A stretch of DNA of 64,000 nucleotides from an uncultured virus (IMG/VR IMGVR_UViG_3300005827_000008) (IMGVR_UViG_3300005827_000008), one strand, 5' to 3'. Positions 40,801 through 51,259 are shown, counted from the first letter of the stretch. Numbers and translations are program-made. The notes: a model not told the origin generated them from the letters alone.

Positions 40801-42492
40801 GCGCTTTCGTCTGCTTATGTACACGAAATGGCATACGCAGCAATGACTATTCAGGATATTAATTCACAAAACCTGACACCAAGCGAACGCAAAGAAGCAT
40901 TTATGGTCGCAATGTCAGGCACACCAACTGAAAGAGAAGCATACAAAGACGAAGCGAACGCTATTTATAACACAAGCGAATCTGCTATAAATGGAATATT
41001 AGCATTATCCGGTATAAAAAAGGGGGATGAAGGGTACGCAGAAGCCTTTGAAAAGCAGTTTAATAAACGTAAAAAGATTCAAAAAGAATACTTTACCCAA
41101 CAGCTAGAATCAGCAAAAAATCCACAGGTTCAGCAAAGAGCAAAAGAACGCACAGCCGAATTGCTTTTATATCAAACACCCCCGACAAATACCGCAATAG
41201 GATACCTTGCTGCAAAATTAAATGAAGTATCCAATCAATCCCCTGCAATAAGATTTTTGGTTCCTGTGGTGAATACAGTGGCCAACTTGTCGCAAATGGC
41301 TTTTGATTACACTGTATTTGGACTTGCCTACGTGCCTATTCGCAAGAGTATAGACAGATACAAAACGCCAGATCAGGTATTGTCGCCAGAACAAACTAAA
41401 AAGAGGTTACAACGTGCTGCTATTGGTACAGGGATAAGTGTATTGGCTTTTGTTGCTGCCGCAATGTCTGCCGATGATGATGAAGACGAAGGATGGTTTG
41501 ATGTTATTGGGGATATTCCGGCAGAACCAGGCGCAAGGGAAGCGTTTTACAGAGAGGGTAAAATGCCATACAGTCTAAAATTTGGCGACAAATATGTGAG
41601 TTACAAAAACTCACCCTTTGTATTTGCTTTTGCTACGGCAGGTAAAATGAGGGACTACCAAAAAAGAGGCAAAGAACTTGGGTACAAAACCAAAGAAATT
41701 ATTTCCGAAAAGTTATTCCGCAAAAGTTACGGGGATTTAACAAAAGAAGAAGCGGCCACGGTAGATATGAAAGCCGGGCAAGCCGACATATTCAAAAGCC
41801 CCACTAATTTTGACCGAATGATACGTTGGGGGCAAGCATCCCTTGAAGCACCTATAAGCATGGCCAGTGACTTTTCTATGCTTTCAGGCGTTACCGGGCT
41901 TTATGAGGCTATTGTTGACGACAAAAGCGGTGGTAAGCAGGTTCAGAAATGGGCTGCAAACATGACCACCAGACTTATACCCGTGGCTGGATCAGGGATT
42001 GTAAGCGAAATGAACCAAGCTATTGACCCCCGTTTCAGAAGACCAGACAATATGTGGGAAATGATGAAAGTTTCCACCGGAATATCAGATAATGACGTTC
42101 CGTTAAAATATGACATATTTGGTAGAGAAACAGCCAGATACACCAAAGATATTAATGCATCTCTAAAAGACAAAGCACTCAGGGGCGCAGGGTATATAGT
42201 TGGGCGAAGATTAGGCAATACCGCCCCCAACGACCCGGTAGATAAGTTTTTTGATGAACACAATATTATAATTGACCCCGCAACAAATAACTACGGGTTT
42301 ACTGAGGAATATTTTGGGCAATTCCAGAAAGAATCAGGGGAATGGTTTTACGAATACGTATCCGACAACCTGAAAACTTTTGAAAATTCTGGACTTACAG
42401 ACGACCAGTTGCAGTCCTATTTGCGTGACGTTAATTCAAAAATACGGTCAAATGTAAAGAAAACATTTGTAGAGGACGCTTTATTCCGTTAA
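34825..42492 (+). CDS. Very large internal virion (polyvalent-type) protein, 2555 aa
   Basis: Single long ORF with a Gly-rich membrane-like region, acidic linkers and a helical C-terminal part; no RNAP catalytic motif recognised. Confidence 0.65.
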   Translation: MPQDKLELLYNDIKNEYDVGSLDDFRAYLSDDKKRQAFFTDVVQPTYDVKSIDEFENTYGLKKKSQEVPSGVPSAPTAKSSLSPFISAPQSEEEPLNLLQQQQQRNPQKPIPTFNGQLPKIDTGDNAEAVVNEKLLTQQVKGIKEATKDKFIYPDDNLKRLTSDEINEGLRQINAPAFVGQQPSPEKPETENYQIELGNIYRDSETLRKDIDIYRERGDAEGEQMAIDRYNATIGAAKELVKKYPNAIKIIQAQQDYQKEADQFYSGAGGNLLEAGASFINGLYDGVGKIVAFAPRTAANITGVEDGLSTAAADAVDDFFKAPFITSSTKFQDGDKLNWNKLLPAVGQQAGNMGALLLGGEVLGGGGTGLFASSYMTTRNDYYDAARAKGFSQGEANAISDVSAGLTSVLELISPNTAAFAPTWKADMLEEYTKQLAKSPKNAVSNTITSLFEKEIIPENVQELSQLLGDKLVETGADYITGEDKFNPQINLNDVISTVALTTLTTGLVSGTGVMAENKQARSQAIYELAKQPEKTQQILQDQVNQGIITPQQAESVFKVVAENAEAQAKIPDTVPEDSKVEATELVSEKQRIKAEIEGKDEILSAPQKERIKQIDEELKSIVTPKTEELSTENEIQKTETAQTSIPTESGIGLQQRLGEDKPTPVVEAVVEPIATGEEVSQVEAIKAEQQKELDAKVNRTITNDLIETVLPEFGYNPSDYLKKDGDYDTEKISTVFDSIESQINAKYDVKLKDLGQPQEEVSQPVVTAESETEAPQSVKVEQPTVSETPSASDVDSTAKALDGIESFETAKGSIYTVLPNGKTQRFKTATKEQNEPNDLIVFAKFENAQQEQDFLSAQNRQDGKKLYVVDSAGNVYDTNEQVKGKDVRLAIIKDGKAIETVETSLEPKIGYNTFDQRRYEEKGEKYRSTHLGNKVTKITPKAAESPLSKEQTLQDNGKNEAERREKGRQDVLTSQTEDTGGEKPPVVESSPKGKTELTVDDMVEVGVFTSAEKFDIASGYVQVPYDDKVNLTAKQLTKGLQDIKDGKSNKVTQAINRFVDSVNKKGFVTIVRGSGNELYTSKVDVPVSVYLNGLNETEVNKRSDEEVQTIISQSEAFNDWMDSLTDEEVERLYTESELSGIEALINLQNESTNNTAEAGTTKESSVTTPIKEEPTKEGLTPEEKANLESVAEQAGVNFREVQNVYNKYGGDKPLSEITTKDYQKAQEKRDKAKVEERKQKAEKKIDDAAAWLKDKLKIDLPEGTQKMGFTQDDLIDLVARAAKVLVKTGITAHEAVRQVLASLKEGGFIEDTEQVFEQARQAVIRGGDFIPQAGEQLTPTELYNQYLKLYDLASEDFTPTELAAEVFDKPQPFEREMAKTALRNKKAGENITYSQFKNKFLGIRGTFFNNADYETLKDIVPEEMLYYIPAGTFNTAKEWAEQLINDYGFDAAYAAALKQAERGLINVSPEGTRPQSMLALLSTLQNYSEDRAAYARKEGNTEAEKAWADINQNLIFIDLAIRTQLGEGLNALKINLENRNWGELQYINSFTMANRKVEAELRDLIGKVNRVVKESAEAVAQDFEKNGSTKATANKTTEKKEIRKRLDQRAEKIKTLLRKSMGGLNSGIPAETTEVFKEIVLYAVDYIKLKAPSFKQFKKHLVETFGFEEDKIDDKDLRSKIYNPARSASDPEFAVKVGVEDFNKFISDIIRSHYSKTTNTAGQLAKEIQAKTGISESESNQLAKEIEKAITDLGEVKKKQIIKQKLFQNSIKNAQIPQSQLEKMIELSNFGALDEEQSLDLFKEKFKLKEASKETIDKIRELSKQVRDEKGEQEQARLVQELADYVKNQSTKNGVLEYLLANFYSNIFLSIGSNVANATWNMMQIGKEGLKAAGLSIIQDIKGGKGLYTKEVAKATARATNAAVKNFVEVISTGVPSYKGMENISSRNIWERIKLAKPTKGDKWNIRAAYGFKAAFLGWQRLAGRLLLSMDALSSAYVHEMAYAAMTIQDINSQNLTPSERKEAFMVAMSGTPTEREAYKDEANAIYNTSESAINGILALSGIKKGDEGYAEAFEKQFNKRKKIQKEYFTQQLESAKNPQVQQRAKERTAELLLYQTPPTNTAIGYLAAKLNEVSNQSPAIRFLVPVVNTVANLSQMAFDYTVFGLAYVPIRKSIDRYKTPDQVLSPEQTKKRLQRAAIGTGISVLAFVAAAMSADDDEDEGWFDVIGDIPAEPGAREAFYREGKMPYSLKFGDKYVSYKNSPFVFAFATAGKMRDYQKRGKELGYKTKEIISEKLFRKSYGDLTKEEAATVDMKAGQADIFKSPTNFDRMIRWGQASLEAPISMASDFSMLSGVTGLYEAIVDDKSGGKQVQKWAANMTTRLIPVAGSGIVSEMNQAIDPRFRRPDNMWEMMKVSTGISDNDVPLKYDIFGRETARYTKDINASLKDKALRGAGYIVGRRLGNTAPNDPVDKFFDEHNIIIDPATNNYGFTEEYFGQFQKESGEWFYEYVSDNLKTFENSGLTDDQLQSYLRDVNSKIRSNVKKTFVEDALFR

Positions 42493-42501
42493 ATTTGTCG
42501 T

Positions 42502-43647
42502 ATGCTAACAGTAACAACCACCCAAGGAACTACCAGTCAAGATTGCAAAACACTTGTAATTACTGACACAACTGGCACTGGTTCAACTGGTTACTTGGCT
42601 CCGAATTACGTGGTTGGTGATGTTGCGGAACTTGTTTTTGACTGTATCCCACCAAATGAATCAGTATATACAGAGCCTTATGTATTAACAGGTTCCGATG
42701 CTGAGGATATTATGAACGGCACGTCTAATCTTGGCGTAACCTCACAAGTTTTAAATCCCACATTAACAACCAATTCGCCTTTAGTAGATGGGGTTTATTA
42801 TGGCCGATACGTACCTTATTGGTTGGCAGCAAGCACAATATCCGTAACAGCAGGTTCCGCATCAGCCACACTAAGCACTACCGCAGCCGTTGCTCCATAC
42901 GCAGGGGTTGACCGCATGAAAATTGACGGAGAATACTACGGAGTTGAAGTTAGCGGGACGGCCGTAACGCTTGACCGTTTGTATATTGGCACTACTAATG
43001 CTACTCAGGCATGGTACGCAGGCTTTGAGAGCCCTATAATTCTAAAACAAGCGTGTAATGCTGAAAGATGTTTGGCATTAAAGCGGGCGAATTTATACAC
43101 AACTAACTGCGAATGTTCTGATATTGAGAAACGAGAAGCAACCAACAGGCAATTTGACTTGGATAATGCCAATGCGATGTTTACTAACGGTAACTACACT
43201 CAATTCCAGTCTGTTATGAATCAACTAACGAATTACTGCAACGATACAAATAATGGGTGTAACTGCCATTAAATGAGTTATTCAGCCCCCATATCAACCA
43301 CCGATTTAACAGCCGTTAAGGAGACGGCCAGATGCTATTGTGTATATCTCACTAACAGGATTCGCATTGCCCGCGAACGGGGTATTCCATTCCAGTATTA
43401 TACCGACTTACGCGCAGAACTGGAATGTATCCTCATGGCTCTCAATACATGGCAACAAAGCCCGGACGGTTCCACTTCGCTATACGATAATCCCTTCACG
43501 GCAGCAGGGCTTAATGGGATGGTTGGCTTTATAAGGGCTAATTGCGGAACTGGCTGTATCGAACTGCCACCAGAAGACCCTAATACTTATGTATTGGTAC
43601 TTGAATTTTTGACCGATTACGAGGACTATATTTCAGTTTTACCATAA
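42502..43647 (+). CDS. Two tail-associated proteins (42502-43272, 43273-43647)
   Basis: T-rich beta N-terminus with a Cys-rich helical C-terminus; upstream of the tail fibre. Confidence 0.5.
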
Positions 43648-44534
43648 TGGCTATACCAGAAAAAATACCTCATATTGTGCCAGTAGAAGACCTTCCGATA
43701 GCGGAAAATCTTGCAAACTTCTGGTTTGCGGGTTCGCAAAACGGAATTACAAAACGGGCAGCATACGACTTGCTTTTATCTACTATTAATGCAGCGATAA
43801 GCGGTGGTGCCATAACAGGAGATATAAAAATGTCCAGAAGTTCGTCACCTCAGACTGGATGGCTTTTATGCGACAACACACAATACACGCAAGCCGCATA
43901 TCCAGCTTTATACACTATTTGCGGAGGTTCAGGCGGGTTTTTCAGGGTTCCAGATATGCGGGGCAGGGTTCCAGTTGGGGCGGGAACGGGGATTGTGCAT
44001 ATCGGAGGTTCGCCCAATGACCCATTAACAGCCAGAACACTAGGAACGTATTACGGGCTAGAAGATTCCACTGATACCGATAATGCTACTGTAACAATAG
44101 GCAATACTGCCGCAACAGGCACGGTGAGCGTAACAATGAACGCAATTACCCCATCCGGCACCGTAAGCGCACCAACCTTTACCGGGACAATTGCTACATT
44201 AACGGGAGTAGTGAGCATTACAGACCCCGGACACTCTCACGAAGTAACTACCTCACCAAAAACAGTAACAGACGGAGTTGCTGAGGCCGCAGAAAATGAT
44301 ACTTACACTTCATCAATAGAAACTACCGGGATAACCGCAGGGCTTACTATGACACCCTATACCCCTGCCGGAACAATATCTACCCCAACTTTTGTAGGGG
44401 CATCTGTAACGCCCACAACAAGCGCAACAGGATTTACAGGCACGAACCACACTCACTCAGGAAGCGCAACCGTTACTATAACCAACAGCACAATTCAACC
44501 AATGACCGCCCTTAATTTTTATATAAAGACATGA
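43647..44534 (+). CDS. Tail fibre with phage tail-collar domain
   Basis: GDIKM...QTGWLLCD...YPALYTICG...FRVPDMRGRVPVGAG; C-terminal IQPMTALNFYIK. Confidence 0.85.
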   Translation: MAIPEKIPHIVPVEDLPIAENLANFWFAGSQNGITKRAAYDLLLSTINAAISGGAITGDIKMSRSSSPQTGWLLCDNTQYTQAAYPALYTICGGSGGFFRVPDMRGRVPVGAGTGIVHIGGSPNDPLTARTLGTYYGLEDSTDTDNATVTIGNTAATGTVSVTMNAITPSGTVSAPTFTGTIATLTGVVSITDPGHSHEVTTSPKTVTDGVAEAAENDTYTSSIETTGITAGLTMTPYTPAGTISTPTFVGASVTPTTSATGFTGTNHTHSGSATVTITNSTIQPMTALNFYIKT

Positions 44535-46008
44535 CCGGAATAAGAGGACAATCAGTAGAAGTAAGCCCATTTTCACAGGCGAATTTTGGGGGATATACCC
44601 CAGCAGAGCAAGCAGAAATTACGCGCCCGCACAACGCAACACCGTATTCGGCAGGGGACATTGTAGTTGGTAGAGGCTCGGGTGTTGCAAGAACTTTTCA
44701 ACTTGTAAAACCAAACAATAACAACGGTTATATCATAGGGGGTAAACTCACCAGTTCGGACGCAGGATTGTCCGGGCTTTGGAGGATTCATATTATGAAT
44801 CAGATTCCTGATACGTTTGCAGACAACGACCCATTAAATATAACAAACGCAGAAATGCAGACCAATTATATTGCCAATTTCTATCTGACGGTTGAAACTA
44901 TAGGGGGTACAAATGTCGGATTCCCTACAGACGTTGACGGCAACGCAATTGATTTAAGGGTCCCGTATTACACAAACGGCAAGCAGGGGGTTGCAATAGC
45001 CGAAACAGTATCTGGATGCACATTCCTTAACAACAGTTCAACCATTCAACTGACGTTACAATACGAAAATAACGCCCCAAACGCCCCCGCTCTGTAATGA
45101 ACCGTACCAGATTCAAAAGGCTTTTTTTTGTATCTAAAAGAGGCGGTTCCGTGGTTTACAACCCACGAGCGCAAGCATGGTTCGATGAATACGCTGTGCA
45201 AACCGGAAACCCATTTCCAGATGCGTATAAGCCTGTTTATAGCGAATTGTTTGACAACCTGCAAGGGCTTGGCACAACTGGCGCAAACGACTGTTTTGAT
45301 GCCTATAAAATAATCAAAGGTTCACCCGGTTATTTTGATGGGTCAAATAAATGGCCTTTACTATCCGACTTTGTTACCCCAACAGCCACCCCAATGACAG
45401 AAATATCGGGCGGTGGTGATTATGTTCAAATCGGCACAGACCCAAATGTTTACACCAGAAGGGCAACAGGGCTAAAAGCATGGAACCTAAAAGTAAAACC
45501 TTCTGATTTAGCATACATATCCCTTAACTCAGCCGCTTATGGCAGTTGGTTACTGTCTAATATAGGAGCAAACGGACTTTACCTTATCGGGGTTGCTAAT
45601 GGTGCCGGAACCGCAGAAGTATCATTTCAAGCTAATTTTAGCGGAACTCAATCTGCAATGGCTATCCATGATGCTACTTATTTCATTGCAACAAACGGAG
45701 GCACGAAAGGATACTTTGAAATGCACAGGACAGCCGCAAGCGGTGCCGGATGCGTGGAGGTTTTTAAGAATAATACATCAATAGGCACAGGCAATGTAAC
45801 AAGTGTAGCAATTCCTGATAAAGAAATGATTTGTTGTGGTTTTTCTAACGACAACGGAGCCACCATAAGCCAGACAGCAAGCGGAGGCGTTACTCCTGAC
45901 GATGGACTGTGTACCGTTGTTGACAGGAGTGCATGGACTCCAACTATGGGGCAGCAGTTTTACGATTCTTTTGCAGCGTTTTACACACGTTTAGGAATGA
46001 CTATATGA
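44531..46008 (+). CDS. Two putative tail/receptor-binding proteins (44531-45097, 45097-46008)
   Basis: Beta-rich ORFs translationally coupled to the tail fibre. Confidence 0.5.
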
Positions 46009-46161
46009 CAGTTTACGAATACACCAAAACGCAACACACCAAAATGAAGGGCATCCCCGGAGTAGGCTTTACTGTTATTGACGGTAAATACTATTTACCA
46101 AAAGATTTTGTAGATTCGCATAACCTTGAAAAAGGGGTTGAAAAAGAAATAGCAACTTGAC

Positions 46162-46936
46162 ATGATGGCACCTAAAACTACTGAAACAAAACCTTGGTTA
46201 CAGCCTTTGATACTTGGAACCTATACCGTCTTACTAGGGTTTTCCTTAACCTACGGGATGAAATTTATTACTTTGGTAAACACAATGGCCACTCAGCTAA
46301 ATACATTAGCAGCAACGGTGGCAGTGATTCAAGAATCTCAGCACGAATTTCAGCAAGAAATCAAAAAGGACATTGAAAAAATAAAAGAAAACGGCACTGT
46401 AAAAGACATTCAACAGGACAGTAGAATTGATGCTGTTTCCGAAAGGGTTGATGCTTTGAGGCGGCAAAACAGGGAACCAGAAGACGACCGTTTCACATAC
46501 GAAGGTATTTTACCAGATAGAAAATATATACAAAATGAGCGACACAAAAATAGGCGAACTAAATAACGGTGCATTCACCGCTACGGTTGATATTCTGGCT
46601 ATCCTGAATAGCCTTACACCCTTTAAAGAAGGAACAGAAATCAAAGAGGCGGTATGGGATGCTTACGAATATGACGGCACCGCACAATTGATTAACATTG
46701 GTTCCAACGAAGGTTGGGGACGTATGCCAATTGCTATTGACGGCAATGATATTTTAATTATCCCTGACCCTTACGAGTGTATTAAGTTATGTTCAAAAGG
46801 ACTGTCCAATTGTTTGCAGTGCAGAATAACCATGTCAGAAGAATGTATTTGTTCTGGTTGCCCTGGAGGTGTTTGCGCTTGTGATGAAAAGAACCTGACC
46901 TTTTCTCCTTCGCAGGTATTTTACAATTACTTTTAG
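46162..46936 (+). CDS. Membrane-anchored coiled-coil protein (46162-46566, holin-like position) and Cys-rich protein (46535-46936)
   Basis: N-terminal TM segment in the first; many Cys at the C-terminus of the second. Confidence 0.45.
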
Positions 46937-46993
46937 TTGCATATCTGAATTAACGTATTACCTTTGTACGGTATTTTTCATTGTTATTTATTT

Positions 46994-47020
46994 GCCCGGC
47001 TGAGAGGTCGGGCTTTTTTT
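46994..47020 (+). terminator. Intrinsic terminator
   Basis: GCCCGGCT-gag-AGGTCGGGC followed by a T run. Confidence 0.75.
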
Positions 47021-47046
47021 TGATAAATTTTCTCTATGTTTGTGGC

Positions 47047-47534
47047 ATGGAAAATACAAATACAGTAATAGACCCCGATTGCAAACAAGGCATTTGCATG
47101 GATTGCGGAGATTCTTTAATTATACCAACGTCTTGGGGGCTTTGCATACCATGCTCAAGAACGTCATGGGCAAAACACGAAAAAGAGGTTGACGAAAAAT
47201 TCCCCTTTATAATTATTGGAGGCAACGGCCAAGAAATAGACAGGTTCGCAACAGAACCCGAAGCCGATGAATACTTGGATAATATCAGGAACGCTAAAAT
47301 TGAGGTTAAAATCAGCGAACGGCAATGACAAAGTTTGATTTACTTGCAGCGATAGTAAAATATAAGGAAACCAATAATTGGGATGAATTAATGGATGCTG
47401 TTGATTCCTACGAGCAAGAATTGCGTCAACCGCCTATTGACACTTTGGAATTGGCGGAATACCGAAAATGCCCAGATTGCGGGACTGAGTTCAAAAGCCA
47501 TAACAGGTGTCCAGAGTGTAATCCTATGGGTTAA
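47047..47534 (+). CDS. Two small Zn-finger-like genes (47047-47328, 47325-47534)
   Basis: Paired CxxC motifs in each. Confidence 0.55.
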
Positions 47535-47547
47535 ATTAAATAATAGT

Positions 47548-48166
47548 ATGAAACTACGCCACGTATTAGCAATAGCTGTATTCTTAATATCAATTTACGT
47601 TTCCTACAACTGGCCGCACGAAAAAGAAAATACTGAGTTTAAAAAGGCGGTACAATCCATTGAAAACAAAATAGACCTCAGAAGGGATACGATTATCAGT
47701 TTACTCCACTACATTGATTCTTTAAAGTCAAAACAGTATGACACAGTTTACATCCCAATGTACCGCAAGAGCAATAGCGTTCAGTATCTTAACGCTGATT
47801 CCACTATTAAGCTATTCCAGCGACTCAACGAAAGTATGCAAGTACCAGATTATTTCAGGAGACACAGTCTGCTTAGTTCCGATACAATACATTCGGAACT
47901 GCAACCAAGTGATTCTACTCAATGAAGGCAATCTTGAATACGGGCTGATATTAAAAGAAAGGTTGTTTGATTGCTTGCTTGTTGATTCCGCCTACCGATT
48001 TACTATTTATCAATACGAAGAAACCATCATACTAAAAAACGAGCAAATTAATTTGTGGGCAGATAGGGCAAATAATTTTGAGAAGGACGCACATCGTAAC
48101 CGTTTTTGGCGCAAGGTAGCAATCCCAAGTTTAGGATTAAACCTACTGCTAATATTGCTGTTGTAA
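47548..48166 (+). CDS. Overlapping spanin-like gene pair (47548-47925; 47738-48166)
   Basis: First has an N-terminal TM plus coiled coil; second is out of frame with a signal-like N-terminus and a C-terminal TM. Confidence 0.5.
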
Positions 48167-48206
48167 ATTTTCTTACAAAAACACTTGCATATTCAAAATC
48201 TGTCCT

Positions 48207-48319
48207 TATCTTCGTGTTGTCTTTTAAGTCGTAGCAGCCTCAAAGGAATTTCATCATTTTTTGTTTATTTATAAAGGAAAGCCCCCATTTCATGCTACGA
48301 CTTAGGGGGCTACCTTTTT
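48207..48319 (+). promoter_or_regulatory. Promoter plus structured leader/terminator (element C)
   Basis: TATCTTCG near-consensus box; TAAGTCGTAGCA (48225-48236) is complementary to TGCTACGACTTA (48293-48304) in the loop of AGCCCCC/GGGGGCT. Confidence 0.65.
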
Positions 48320-49175
48320 AACGGTTTGGTGTATATGTAGTGGTGGATAAAAAAGAGATGAACTTTGATTAACAACAAAACTTCATAGAAACCACAAATG
48401 TTGAATTACAGATGAAACCACCATTACATATAAACCTTGTTACCTGCTGGTACGGTTAATTTAGTAGAAACTTAAATACGAAGAACGAAACAAAAAATTA
48501 AAATTTAAAAGCGATGGCAAAAAAGAAAACAATCTGGGATTATTTTGATGACAATATTGATTACCCAAATGAAGTAGCGCACAATCCATTACCATACGGA
48601 ACTGTGTGGCGTTACATTTCATCAACATTTTTAAATGGAATGATAAATTATGTGAAACCTATTAACTGCTTTGTGTTGGATAGATATACAGCAGATGATG
48701 AAAATGTTGGTGATAGAAATTTTACCGTATGCAACAAAGGTGAATTTGGTAAATGGCATAAATGGGAAGGAACAAAGAAAGAATTAATTAAAGCGATTAC
48801 TACTGGTGAAAAAGAAATGTATCATACCGACATGAATTGCTTTGGTGATGATATTGCTTTGCTTTCCGAAATAGAAACCAATGAAGAAGATGGTAAAGGA
48901 AGATATGTGTTCTTTTGGTTTGACTGTGATGTTTCAGATTGTTGCATAGGTAAATTTGAAACTACTGACACCAAAGAAGAGGTGGCTCAATCAATGAGAA
49001 ATTGGCTTGACAAAAGTAAAGAAGAAAATAAAGGCAAAGTAGTTGAAGAAGGATATGATAATGGAATTGTGAACTACTCCGAACTTCCTATTTCTTTTTT
49101 GAAGGGTTGGCTTAAATTTTAATTTTTTGAACCGAAATGATAATACGAAGCGATACAGTAGTGCTTGCAGGTAAC
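48320..49175 (+). mobile_element. Integron-like gene cassette 4 (gene 48514-49122)
   Basis: Arms GGTGTATATGTAGTGGTGG / CCACCATTACATATAAACC; GTTACCTGCTGGTAC (48439) is mirrored by GTGCTTGCAGGTAAC (ends 49175). Confidence 0.8.
48514..49122 (+). CDS. Cassette-borne hypothetical protein, 202 aa
   Basis: AT-rich ORF inside cassette 4. Confidence 0.75.
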   Translation: MAKKKTIWDYFDDNIDYPNEVAHNPLPYGTVWRYISSTFLNGMINYVKPINCFVLDRYTADDENVGDRNFTVCNKGEFGKWHKWEGTKKELIKAITTGEKEMYHTDMNCFGDDIALLSEIETNEEDGKGRYVFFWFDCDVSDCCIGKFETTDTKEEVAQSMRNWLDKSKEENKGKVVEEGYDNGIVNYSELPISFLKGWLKF

Positions 49176-49502
49176 TTGCGGATATAAGCGACTAACTGGT
49201 ATAACATGCTTATAAATGCTGACATTCTGGCCATGCAGCCAATAATAATAATGTTCGGGATAAAAGGTTTTCCTAACCACTTTATGACCGACAAGGGCTT
49301 ATTGCAAATAGCCCATTGCCTAAGACGAAGAACGTTGCCTACTAAGATATTGCCAATAGTTAAAACAGGGAATGGTGGCAGGTGCAGGGGATATAAGATA
49401 TATGCCAGCTTTCGCTCTTTGAGTTGGATTGAAAAAAGATACTACCCTAAGACGTTGGTGGTAGTTGGAAAGGATTGTTTACCTTTTTAGTAATATAGCA
49501 TT

Positions 49503-49856
49503 ATGAAGCCAGAACAAAAGATAATGGAAATATTGAAAAGGCGCTTGCCAGAAACAGACGATGTTCTGTTGACGGAAATTGCTGTGTCTATTTCGGGGCT
49601 ATATAAGAAAAGAAAAAAACCAATAACAATACCGTTTGAAGATAGCCTAATTTTCGATAAGAACAATTTCAAAGCAGCGTTTCCAAGTTGGAGCGTTGAA
49701 AAACTGGCGTACTATTACTATTCCGCAGATGCTTATTCAGCAGAAGGGAATGAGTACGCAGATTGGGGAAAGGCTATTGCAAATTGGGAGCGTAGAGATA
49801 AGGCAAAAGGGCTTAAATTTGAAGACGAAAAACTAGTATATAAACCAAAGGGATGA
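49503..49856 (+). CDS. Putative replication-associated protein
   Basis: Coupled to dnaB by ATGA; DWGKAIANWERR resembles phage initiator C-termini. Confidence 0.45.
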   Translation: MKPEQKIMEILKRRLPETDDVLLTEIAVSISGLYKKRKKPITIPFEDSLIFDKNNFKAAFPSWSVEKLAYYYYSADAYSAEGNEYADWGKAIANWERRDKAKGLKFEDEKLVYKPKG

Positions 49857-51259
49857 AACAGCAAGATAAAAAGCCAATACATATTGCAGACCTTGGGGGT
49901 AAGATACCTCCACAGGCAATTGAAATGGAAGAAGCAGTGTTGGGCGCAATTATGTTGGATAAAAACGCCTCCAATGTGGTTATGGATATTCTAAAGCCTG
50001 AACACTTTTATAGGGATTCACATGGACTAATATTTGCGGCAATTGGCAGGTTAGTTGAAAAGGCGGAGCCAACCGATATTCTTACCGTAACAAACCAATT
50101 AAGGACAGATGGCAATCTAGATATTTGTGGTGGGGCTTATTACATTACCCAACTAACAAACCGAATAGCATCAGCCGCAAATATTGAGTTTCACGCAAGA
50201 GTTGTGGAGCAAAAGTTTATTCAGAGGGAATTGATTCGTATTTGCGGTGAAGGGCTGCGTGAATCTTACGAAGAAACCGCAAGTGTTTACGATATACTGG
50301 AAAATCTAATGTCGCAAATGTCTGTACTTGCGGAAGGTGGAGCAACCGCCCCCACAACATTTAAGGAGAAGGTAAAAGAAACGGTAAGTTCTATCGAAAA
50401 AACCGCCTCATCTGGCGGGGTTGCGGGCGTTCCTTCTGGGCTATCTAACTTGGACAATCTAACGCACGGGTTTCAGCCGACAGACCTAATAACAATAGCT
50501 GCAAGGCCGGGGATGGGAAAAACTGCTCTTGTGCTGGCTGTAATTAAAAATGTAGCACAAACCGGAAGTCCGGTAGCATTGTTTAGTTTAGAAATGGGGT
50601 CGGTACAACTGATAAAAAGAATGCTTGCCAGCGAAAGTCGGATAAATGCAGATAAGTTAAACTCAGGGCAAATACACCAAGACGAATGGGTAATGATAAA
50701 CCGTGCGGTGGGAGAACTTATAGACTTGCCAATACACTTAGACGATACCCCATATATGTCGGTAGCTAGTTTAAGGGCAAAAGCCAGAATACTAAAAAGA
50801 AAGCAGGGTATTGAATTATTGGTTGTTGATTATTTGCAATTAATGAAGGGCGGGAATGATAAAGTAACCCGTGAACAGGAAATCAGTTATATATCCCGGT
50901 CATTAAAGGCATTGGCTAAAGAATTGAATATTCCGGTTATTGCACTTTCACAGTTAAGCCGTGCAGTAGAAACCCGCGGAGGCAGTAAACGCCCTATGCT
51001 TTCAGATTTAAGGGAATCGGGCTCAATTGAACAGGATTCTGACGTTGTGGCCTTTATTTACCGCCCCGAATACTATGGAATAGACCAAGACGAATCAGGC
51101 AACAGCACAGAAGGACTAACTGAAATTATAATTGCTAAACACCGTAACGGGGCTTTGGATACCGTGCAATTACACTTTAACGCAAAGATACAGACCTTTA
51201 CCAACATGGCGTATTCAGTGCATTTTGACGAGCCGCAAGAAAAAGGTGAACCTTTTTAA
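49853..51259 (+). CDS. dnaB: Replicative DNA helicase
   Basis: PPQAIEMEEAVLGAIM, AARPGMGKT, VVDYLQLM, LSQLSRAVE and DLRESGSIEQDSD motifs. Confidence 0.97.
   Translation: MKQQDKKPIHIADLGGKIPPQAIEMEEAVLGAIMLDKNASNVVMDILKPEHFYRDSHGLIFAAIGRLVEKAEPTDILTVTNQLRTDGNLDICGGAYYITQLTNRIASAANIEFHARVVEQKFIQRELIRICGEGLRESYEETASVYDILENLMSQMSVLAEGGATAPTTFKEKVKETVSSIEKTASSGGVAGVPSGLSNLDNLTHGFQPTDLITIAARPGMGKTALVLAVIKNVAQTGSPVALFSLEMGSVQLIKRMLASESRINADKLNSGQIHQDEWVMINRAVGELIDLPIHLDDTPYMSVASLRAKARILKRKQGIELLVVDYLQLMKGGNDKVTREQEISYISRSLKALAKELNIPVIALSQLSRAVETRGGSKRPMLSDLRESGSIEQDSDVVAFIYRPEYYGIDQDESGNSTEGLTEIIIAKHRNGALDTVQLHFNAKIQTFTNMAYSVHFDEPQEKGEPF

Noticed and set aside
34825..42492. Virion RNA polymerase
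   Set aside because: No DFDxD-type catalytic motif in context; ADDDEDE is an acidic linker after a hydrophobic helix
43647..46008. Diversity-generating retroelement acting on tail genes
   Set aside because: No reverse transcriptase and no template/variable repeat pair seen; the TPxGT repeats are ordinary fibre repeats
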